From the human T2T-CHM13v2.0 reference genome, Homo sapiens: DNA of 64,000 bases. Every line of letters starts with the position of its first letter. Positions within the stretch are counted from its first letter, which is position 1. The stretch lies in assembly GCF_009914755.1 (NCBI RefSeq), contig NC_060941.1, one strand, 5' to 3'. Shown in pieces: positions 54,345 to 64,000 of this stretch. The notes beneath the pieces were generated by a model that saw only the letters and a program-made list of their open reading frames with translations, was not told the DNA's origin and made no database searches. A program made the translations under genes and the position numbers.

Positions 54345-55082
54345 CACGTTCCTGGGCTGTCGGAACACCACAAACTGAGGGACATAGATGGAGCTGGAAG
54401 CCATTATCCTTAGCAAACTAACACAGGAACAGAAAACCAAACACTGTATGTTCTCACTCATAAGTGGGAGCTGAACAATGAGAACACATGGACACAGGGA
54501 GGGAAACCACACACCCCGGGGCCTATGGGGGTAGGAGTGGAGGGAGCAGGGAGGGAGAGCATCAGGATTAATAGCTAATACATGTGGGGCTTAATACCTA
54601 GGTGATGGATGGATAGGTGCAGCAAATCACCATGGCACACGTATACCTATGAAACAACCCTGTATGCCCTGCACATGTATCCCAGAACTTAAAATTTAAA
54701 AAAACAATTTTTTTTTCAAAAGTCTGATATCAAGGTGCTGGCAGGGTTGGTTCCTTCTGGAGGCTGGGAAGGGGATCTGTGCTATGCTCTCTCCCAGGTT
54801 CTTGTGGTTGCTGGCAATCCTTGGTGTTCCTCGGCGGGCGGCACCATCACTCCGGCCTCTGCCTCTGTTTTCACATGGTTGTCTTCTGTCTGTGTCCCAA
54901 TTTCCCTCTTCTCATAAGGACACCAGTTGTTGGATCAGGGCCCACCTTAATTCAGTATGACTTAGTCTTAACTTGATTAAGTACATCTGCAAAGACCCTG
55001 GCTCCAAATAAGGTCACGTTCAGAGGTTCTGGGGGTTAGGACTGCAACATAGCTTTTTGGAGACTCAGTTCAACCCATAACA
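54345..55082 (-). mobile_element. MLT1 (A/B/C-like) MaLR LTR, interrupted by L1
   Basis: cctgggctgtc..accacaaactg [L1] tcaaggtgctggcagggttggttccttctg...acatctgcaaagaccct...ttcaacccataaca. Confidence 0.85.
54379..54704 (+). mobile_element. L1PA (older primate) 3' end
   Basis: gatggagctggaagccattatccttagcaaactaacacaggaacagaaaacc...ctgcacatgtatcccagaacttaaa, A tail. Confidence 0.92.
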
Positions 55083-55646
55083 CTCTCATTTATTTATTTA
55101 TTTTTTTTATGTTTCTTGTTTGTTTACCTCTGCTCAATAAATTCTGCGAAGATTGGGGCCTTTAATATATGAGCTGGTAGGATCCCATGATACTCACAAA
55201 TGTCAGCTTCCTTCCCTCAAGTTCTTAATCCTTTTAAATATTATTTATATCCCCAAATGAAAGTCTCATAATAGTTAACTCTCAATTATTCACCCATGTT
55301 TGGTAACAGGCCAAGAAAACAATTTCACAGTCATTTGTAATGTATTGCCAGAAAAATCCTATTTTGACAAATTAGACATTCTATCAAACTTTCTAGCTTG
55401 CATTCACATTCCATTTACCTAGAGGCTGCCACAGTTCTACAAAAGGTTTTACGACTAGAGACAGAGTTCTGAGACACATTGTCTCCACTCAGAACCTCTT
55501 TCTGTGGACCTTGTAGTCACCATGTGTACCTCCGGCCACCCCATCCTGCCCTGGGTCTTGTCCTCAGGTTGGCACCTTACCCAGATGTCACAAATGCTTC
55601 TCAGAACCTGCCAACCAGACTACAGAATCAGACCCCTACCATGTGA

Positions 55647-55759
55647 GAGTCAGAAGGGATCCTAAAAATCATTCATTTGTTCACTTTACAATATATTTCT
55701 TGAGTCAGAAGGGATCCTAAAAATCATTCATTTGTTCACTTTACAATATATTTCTTGAG
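55647..55759. repeat. Perfect 55-bp tandem duplication
   Basis: gagtcagaagggatcctaaaaatcattcatttgttcactttacaatatatttctt x2, then gag. Confidence 0.95.
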
Positions 55760-56159
55760 CACCTATTATGTGCCAGGCATTGTGAGTTTCCTATTCTATT
55801 CCCTTTGAACCTCACAGCACTGTGCAAGATAGATATTATGGTCTCTGCATTCCAGATGAGAGCACAGAGGCCCAGAGCAGTTGGGAGACTTGCTGTGACT
55901 ACTCAGCTAGCTGGCGGTAGACCCAGATTCAGATCCAGCATTGCCTGGATCTGGAGCCCTTTATATGACCTTGCCTTGAACTACTGGGCCTCTGCTTTTC
56001 AATCACTCTCATCCTTGGTGGCACACAAGATAGCCAATAGAAGGCTGGTGACAGGTCATTCTTATTCTCAGGCTTGTAGAAAATTTTGTATACTAGTTGA
56101 CATTTTCTCTTTTACAGAGAATCTTTACCTTTATAAATCACTTTCATGAAGGCAGAGGA

Positions 56160-56645
56160 GGTGCTGTGTGATGGTGGCTTCCACCTGGACCCCAGACTCC
56201 CTCTCCGCCTTTCTCTGCCTGGGGAGACCCACTGTGTGCATGGCACTCACTGACTCCCATACCTCTGGCTATCAAAGGTTTCTGCCATGGCCACCCTGGA
56301 AGGAAACCAGAGGGAGGTAGACAGGGAGATCAGGTCCCTTCTACTCTGGTTCCTGCTCTGTGAAATTGTCTCAGGCTGGCTGTGTCCAGAGGGTCCCTGG
56401 TTCTCTCAGGGATGCCAAATCTACAAGAATCTCTCCTCTTCCAGTTCCTATAACCTCTCCTTCCTTTTGTCTCTTTAGACCTTGGAGTAGTAGCAGCCAG
56501 GTTCTTTCTATCTCTGGGTTAGTGCATTATCTCTGGTGGCTCCCTTACCCAGGACTTTGGGAATGGTCTTTTTGTAATACATTCTCCTCAAATAATTCAA
56601 TTTTGAGTGTTCTGTATGTATCCTGCTGGGAGGTTGTTATATACA
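56160..56645 (+). mobile_element. LTR33-like ERVL solo LTR
   Basis: 3' part tttttgtaatacattctcctcaaataattcaattttgagtgt...tcctgctggga...ataca resembles the LTR33 end. Confidence 0.65.
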
Positions 56646-56933
56646 AATCACTGTGCCCGTTTAGCAGAGAAGGAGACTGAAGCTCAGGGAGGTTAAGTGT
56701 CTTTCTCTAGGTCGTATTGTGGAGAAAGTGGCTGACTGGGGACTTGAATGAGGTCCCTAGTTTCATGCTCGGAGGGCAAAGAGGAATGTCCAATTGGCCT
56801 GAGATAAGCCTCTGGTAAAATGTACTGTACATAATAGGTAATCAATAAATGTTGGCTGATGACAAACATGTTTTCTTTGTTCATTAGTTATAGTGATTAT
56901 GTTCTAAATAACTCCAACAAGGAAGTCAGCACA

Positions 56934-56995
56934 TTTGGAATATCATTATCTTTCCATGATAATATCTTTCCATGGAAAGATAATGATATTCCAAA
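56934..56995. repeat. Perfect 25-bp inverted repeat, 12-bp spacer
   Basis: tttggaatatcattatctttccatg / catggaaagataatgatattccaaa. Confidence 0.95.
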
Positions 56996-57711
56996 CTGGG
57001 AGTGTCCCTAGCAGATCTGAGTCTGTGTATTGGCCCTGGGGTGGGCCAGCCCCTTAGACTCTATGGTCTCATTCTCTTTGTTTACAAAATTGAGATAAGG
57101 CCTTATTCTCTCCCCACCCCACCCATCCATATTGTTTTGAGAATAAAATGAGAGGATGTGTGTCAAGGGTGTATTTTGGCAATAGTCTCTGAGCCATTTT
57201 CTGAGCACCTCCATACTGTTGACACTCAAGTAATATTTCATCAGCATTCCATTCAGGGTCCTCCCTTAATGAGGTGTGCGATGTACAAGAGTCGTGAGGT
57301 GGCAAAGGATGGGCTCCTGAGGAAACACTTAGGAAACTGGGCTTTCTGCCATTAAAAGAGACAAACCTTTGTGGTGACCTAATTAAAGTTTTTAAAATTC
57401 AATTTGGAAAGTTAGCAAGCTAGGCTCCTTTCCAGGAAAAATAAGGAGTCAGTGCATGACCTAACCGGTCCCGGGCTGCTTGCCATTCCAAACAACTGCA
57501 GTAAGTTTATCACCTTCTTTCAGGGACTGAGGTTTCCAGGCACAGACTTGGATAAGGAAGGATGTCCTATGGGGTCACATTGATGCTGTGGCCCAAGAGA
57601 GGTTGCCATGACTCGAGAAAGGTTATGAAGTATGGTTTTCACTAAAGGAAAACTGATCTCTTTCGATTGTTTCTATGGAAGCTTGTGGATTATAAAACAG
57701 TATCCTTTCAA

Positions 57712-57848
57712 ATCCATCCATCCATGTACTAACCCATCTATCCGTCCATCCATTCATCCATCCATCAATGCATGCATGCATCTATCATTCATTCATTCAT
57801 CCATCCATCTATCCACCTATTCTTCCGGCCATTTATTTATCCATCCAA
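57712..57848. repeat. Degenerate (TCCA/TTCA)n tract, L2 tail-derived
   Basis: atccatccatccatg...ccatccattcatccatccatc...cattcattcattcatccatcc. Confidence 0.8.
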
Positions 57849-58295
57849 CATATACTGAGTTGCTACTCCCACCAAACACTGGAGATTCTATACTAAATAT
57901 GACATAACCAATACTTTGAAAGAGCCCAGGCTTCATGTAAAAGCACACAATTGAAACAATGGTTACAAGCACAAGGCGTTAAGTCAAAAGACCTTGGTTT
58001 GAGAGTTGACTTTGTAATTTAAGTGGCCCTGTGGTCTTGGGCAAGTGTTTCTCTCTAGGCCACATTTTTCATCCGTAAAATAATGTAGCTGAACTCAAGG
58101 AATGCTCTCTAAGATCTCTTCATGGTCAGATATGCTAAGATTCTCTGTCCAGGCAAATTCAGGGCAAGATGAGATCATCATGTGAGTGCAGACAGTGCAA
58201 TAATCTAGTCAGTGGTCTCCTCTGTCCACCTTGCCCATCCACTCTATCTTCTACAGTGTAGGCAGAGTCATCTTTTCAAAAGAAAATCTATCACA

Positions 58296-58764
<469 letters not shown>

Positions 58765-59989
58765 TTAAACTTGCTATGTTCCCTCTTATTACAAGGCTTC
58801 CGTGTGGCCCACTTGTACCTTTCCCCATCTTCTATCCTGGGAGAACTGCTCATCCTTCAGATAGCAGCCTACTCACCATTTCTTCAGGGACACTTTCTCT
58901 CACCTCCCAGGTGAGGCCTGGCTTCTATATATACACATAGATCAATGTTTCTTCCTTTTAGAGCACAAACCCCAACCCTGAACCATAGCAGAGGGGATCC
59001 TTAGTTTAACATCTGGCTGCCCCACCAGCTTACCACCCTCTTGGGAGAAGGAACTGGGTCTAGTTTGCTCACTACTGCACTCCCTAAAACAGTGCTTGGC
59101 ACATACAGGGCCCCCAGCAAGCATTCGTCTGAACAAACATGGAGAATATGGTGAGTGCCCTAGGCTGACAAATATAAATTCCTCATACCCGGAGATGAGG
59201 ACAGGAAATAGCATCCTTATTGGGGTAATTCACTTGAAAAAAAAAATGCCTCAAAAGAAATCCACCCATATGTTGTAAACTCACTGCTCATAAGAGCAAG
59301 GTGCTCTCTAAACCCCATCAGGTAGCCCACAGTGTCTCTCAAACCTTAAGGGGGAGGACCCTTTTGAACCAAAATGGATGCAACAATAGCTGTGAAGCCA
59401 CTGCTGAGCTGCTGACGGAGGGTAGAGGTGACAGGTAGAGATGGAAAAAACAAAAGGCCAGAGAGACAGAATTTGACCAGGGGTCTCTGCCACTGTGCAA
59501 GGTAGGGGTAGTTTTTTTCAGTCTAGAATATTGGTTAAGTAGTTGAAAAAGCCCTAGAGGAAAAAGAACAATCCATAATTGTTCCTGAGTGTGGTTAAAA
59601 AGCATTTTGAGTAGGAATCTGTGTAGCGCAGTGGTTGAGGGAATGTCAGACAGGTCTGGTTGAAGTCATAGTTCCAGCACCGAGTAGCTGCGCAGTGCTG
59701 GGCAAATCACTTTGCTCTGAGCCTCAATTTCCTTATTTATGGGGATAATGGTATGTTTACCATTGGGCTGTTGGAAGAAGAAACGGAGGATGTAAGCTCA
59801 TGCTTAACACAAGGCCTGGCCTACACTCAGTGCTCTTAAGTGAAAGCTGTTGTCAGTGAGATGAATTACTTTGTCATAATTCTCTGCTCACCTAACTGTC
59901 CATCTGGTCTGCATTTGATTCCTGAGTAAAGCCATTTGCCAGAAATGAGCTCTCATGGAAACTGTACATTTCTGTGGCTCTAAACCTTG

Positions 59990-60785
59990 ACTCCTCTCTT
60001 TTTCTCCATAGCATACCAAGTCTAGCAGTAATTTGTGTTGGTTCTCCTTTCAAAATGCATGCAGAATCCAGTTGCTTCTCTCTCCTTTTGCTGCCACTGC
60101 CCTGGTTCAAGCTATCAGCATCTCTTTCCCAGAGGACTGTAGTGGCCTCCTAATAGGCCTGCCTGCCGGGGCCTTTGCCCCCTATGGTCTTCTCTTGGCT
60201 AACAGCCAGAAAAAACCTGCTAAAAGCTAAATCAGATCATACCACTCCCCTGCTTGAAGATGTCTGATGGCCCCATCACACTTAGAAGAAAATCCATATC
60301 CAGATCCAGTCCCCCAAAACCTTCAGGATTCCACATTAGCCAACTTTTTTGATCCTATGCACTCTCTCCTAACACATAGGTTCCAGCTACAGTGGTCTTG
60401 CCACACACCAGGCACACTCCTGCCTGAGGGCCGGAAACCTCTCTACCTAGAAACTTGCAAGCTGGCCTTTCCATCTCCTTTAGGTCTTTGTTCATATGTC
60501 ACATTCTAGCTGAGGCCTTCCCTGACTGCCTTATTTAACACTGCAATCCCCACCCCACACTGGACGCCTTTTCCTATAACTCATCCCCTACTTTATTTTA
60601 CCCACAGCGCTTGTCACTATTTGATCCTTATATATTTTACATATTTGTCTATTATCTGTCTCTCCCACTAAGTTCCATTACAAAAGAGTTTTTGTTCTTT
60701 TTTTGTTCCCTGTTGTTCCTCGGTGCCTAGATTCTCATAGAAGCAATGTGCTAGGTGCTTAATAAATATTTATCATGTGAATGAA
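59990..60785 (+). mobile_element. L2 3' portion
   Basis: ccttttcaaaatgcatgcagaatcc...ccactgccctggttcaagc...tgaggccttccctgac...ggtgcttaataaatatttatcatgtgaatgaat. Confidence 0.85.
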
Positions 60786-61281
60786 TGGTCAGCCCACTTC
60801 TTGGGGTGAAGCCTTATGTGTATGCTCAGAAACTGTCCTGGCTTATAAGGTTAGTGTGGGCCAGGCTCCCCGAGCATTCTTTTTATAGAGATTCTGCTAA
60901 AATCAAATTTCTGAATCCTCTGGACTGCAGAGTCAGTCTGGCACCTTAGATGTCCCTGATACCCAGCCTAAGCTTTAGGCACTGTGACACATACTTTTAA
61001 AGGTGGAGAATGAGTCAGAATCTGATAAGGTATAAATATTTGGCTACTCACCTCCTGAAGGTGAATTAGCTCTCACAGGTTGCCAGAAATATCTCTCGGT
61101 TCCCTGAAGCTGAAACACACTTGCTGATGTGCATTAATAGCCAAAATGGTAGGAAATGGCAGAGTCTGCCATTATTCATCCACTTACCAGGGGAGGAAAG
61201 AAGATAAATTTATTGTATATGAATGAATTAACACAGGCATTGTGCCTGTTGAGCAGGTGTGCAGGGAAGGAAAGTGGATGA

Positions 61282-61284
<3 letters not shown>

Positions 61285-61334
<50 letters not shown>
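61285..61334. repeat. (TG)25 dinucleotide microsatellite
   Basis: Perfect 50-bp TG run. Confidence 0.97.
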
Positions 61335-61337
<3 letters not shown>

Positions 61338-62181
61338 CTCATGTTCCTATCCTTAATCAAGAAAATGGAATCCCTTCTGGAAGACCTCATGACCACATTT
61401 GAAGCTCTACCATTTTTCTGTTTTGGAGAATAGTGGTTTGGGTTTTATAGAAAAACTGGAGGCAGCTCTGAGTAAGAGAAACATGGTGGTGGTGATTTCC
61501 CAGAACTCATCGGGCTTCTCCAAGTTGGGACACATGTTGGTCAAAGGATGAGCTGCTGGCAATTCATGATGAAGACACTGGAGTGGATAAGACACTCATG
61601 GAGACACTTAAAGCAGGACACCAACCTAGGAAGGATCTGGAAGTAGAAGTGAGTGGAAGATGGCACTAAAAGTGGAAGAAAATCATGAAAGACGTGATCT
61701 GTCCTTGCTGCTTCAGTGATTACAAGTGGGCTCCAGCAGTCCTTCCAATCAGATTCTATTATTGAAGACCAGTGTATTATTTAAATGCTTCTCTCAGGAG
61801 CTTCGAAAGGAGGCAGAGCGAATAGAGAGGGAAAGAAAAGAGCTCTCATGCCTCCACTGTGGCTTGGCACTGGGTGGGTAGGGCACAGGTGCTGGATGGC
61901 AAAGCATTGGCTTGCTGCTCTGATGGCCATGCTGATGGGACACAGGGAAGGAGAGGCACTGAACACTTAGACTTTCACAGAATTTTCAATATCAATATGC
62001 AACTTGTGATAGGTTGTAGTTAAATAAATTTGTTGTTGTTTATTAAAACTTTTTGCATCCTCATGTTGAGGAACTCAAAGTAGAAAATAATGTCTGTAGA
62101 GAAAGTATACTTTTCCCCAGGTGTGCTGAGTGGCAGCTCTTATCCAGTGACGTATACTATCAAAAATACCAACTTGGACTC

Positions 62182-62727
62182 TGTGATGGTTAATGTTGAG
62201 TGTCAACTTGATTGCATGGAAGGATGCAAAGTATTTTTCCTGGGCATGGCTGTGAGGGTGTTGCCAAAGGAGATTAACATTTGAGCCAGTGGGAGAAGGA
62301 GACCCACCCTCAATATGAGTGGGCTCCATCTAATCAGCTGCCAGTGCAGGTAGAATAAAGCAGGCAGAAGAACGTGGAAGGACTAGACTTGCTGAGTCTT
62401 CCGATCCTCATCCTTCTCCTGGGCTAGATGCTTCCTGCCCTTGAACGGCAGACTCCAAGTTCTTCAGCTTTTGGACTCTTGGACCTATACCAGTGGTTTG
62501 CCAGGGGCCCTTGGGCCTTCAGCCACAGACTGAAAGCTGCACTCTGTCATCTTCCCAACTTCTGAGATTTGGGGACTGGGACTGGCTTCCCTGCTCCTCA
62601 GGTTGCAGACGGTCTATTGTGGGACTTCACCTTGTGATTGTGTGAGTCAGTACTCCTTAATAAACTCTCCTTCATATATACACCTATCCTATTAGTTCTG
62701 TCCCTTCAGAGAACCCTGACTAATACA
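62182..62727 (+). mobile_element. MLT2A-like ERVL (HERV-L) solo LTR
   Basis: tgtgatggttaatgttgagtgtcaacttga...gttgccaaaggagattaacatttgag...aataaa...gagaaccctgactaataca; TSD gactc / gattc. Confidence 0.93.
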
Positions 62728-62744
62728 GATTCTGAGGGCAGAAA

Positions 62745-63440
62745 CTCATTCATTCATCTATTCATTCATATATCCATCTATTCATTTACTTGCTCATCTA
62801 GCAAATATATTTTGAGCACTTACTATGTATCGGGCAGATGTCCTGATACAGAAGTCAACAAGATGAACAAATCCCTCTCTTGAAGCTTGAATTACAGTGG
62901 GGAAGACAATAAATAAAAAATAGAAAAGATAACTTCAGAGAGTGAAGAGTACTGTAGAGATAATAAAATCAGTGAGTGATGTAGAGAGCTCTGGGGGCTT
63001 AGAGTTCAGGCTACTTCAGATAAGATGATTAGGGAATGCTTCTCTGGGAAGGGATCTTGGTGCTGAGACCTGAACAATGGGAGGACCCAGCCACATGAAG
63101 ATTTAAAGTGATGACTCACAACCTTTGAAGTGCATTCATATCACCTGGGAGTTTTTAAAAATAGATGGTGGACCCCACCTCCAGAGGTGGAAATTTAATT
63201 GACCTCAAGGTAAGGCTTAAAATTATTCTAATGTGCAGCCAGGGTTGCAAAGCAACCTAGACTAGAAGTGGAACTTACTAGACAGAATAGCATATGCAAA
63301 TGTCCTCAGGTAGGGAATGGCTTGGAGTGTTCCCCAGGCAGAAAGAAGGTAGGTATGACTGAATTAGATGGAGGTAAGAAACAAATTTGGGGAGGGAGTC
63401 AGGGATTATATTCGCTTAGGTGAGCTGGTGAGCATGTCAC
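62745..63440 (-). mobile_element. L2 fragment with nested MER5-like element (about 63112-63258)
   Basis: cattcattcat...tattttgagcacttactatgt...gctgagacctgaa; nested atcacctgggagtttttaaaa...attctaatgtgcagccagggttg. Confidence 0.7.
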
Positions 63441-64000
63441 AGATCTAGAGCTGGGCCCCACAGTACACAGAAGTACACAGAAAACAAGAGCTCCTTGCTG
63501 CGTGCAGTGGCATTGTCTTGTGAGGAGCCAGGGAGTTGGAATGGGTGGTAGGGAGAAACCCCATACATTTCACTTCTTCAGTGTCATCACACAGCAAACT
63601 AATCTGAACTGCAGAATTTCTCTGGTGATCAGCTGCCTGTTTTCCTGGGGTGATCCATCTATGAAAAGTTTCCAAATTGTGTTAAAACTGCCAGTTTCTC
63701 GACAAACAGCACGGAGTGTACTTTCCAGGGAGAAAAGTTCAATAATTAAAATGAGTCAGCACTGAAGAACTGGAGGGCGGTTTGATCTAGTTTAGCAGCC
63801 GACGTTTTCTTAGCAGAAAAATGCAATATCCATAATACATAATTTTGTGCTGAACAGAAGTCAACTAGAACAGAATTGTCTCAGGAGGGACCAAAGTCAG
63901 CTTGCCAGAAAATCTTTTTGAAGGCAGCAGAAAACCTGGTCTTCAAAAGCTGAAGTTGGGGAGTGGCTGAGGGGCCATGTCTCAGGTGCCTACAGGCTGG

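Noticed and set aside
56287-56680. 63-aa ORF with good Kozak context (gccATGg) and an overlapping 106-aa ORF
   Set aside because: Inside an LTR33-like element with no homology or exon evidence; translation cannot be supported from sequence alone.

Overview
This is non-coding primate, most likely human, genomic DNA. It is CpG-depleted and carries the full primate repeat complement: AluS/AluY, L1PA/PB/MA/MB/ME, L2, CR1/L3, MIR, solo LTRs (LTR12, THE1/MST/MLT1, MLT2, LTR33) and DNA transposon fossils (MER5, MER58, MER20, Tigger3, MADE1). I can support no protein-coding exon, structural RNA gene or CRISPR-like array; the listed ORFs are repeat-derived or chance. Repeat-free, homeodomain/FOX-motif-rich blocks suggest an enhancer-bearing gene desert or a large intron, but I cannot name the locus. 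I found no clear new biological system. The best leads are: (1) a ~480-bp array with 10-bp period, apparently a CpG-decayed CG(A/G)CCGGTTT repeat, that now reads as polymerised CP2/Grainyhead-type CYRG-N6-CYRG sites; (2) an old ~300-bp inverted duplication (29.7-30.0 kb vs 31.3-31.6 kb); (3) an LTR12 inserted 6 bp into a THE1 LTR; (4) several template-switch hairpins and local duplications, one creating an AP-1 site. Repeat subfamilies were called by eye from remembered consensus motifs. Boundaries of old repeats are approximate and MIR/L2 coverage is not exhaustive.
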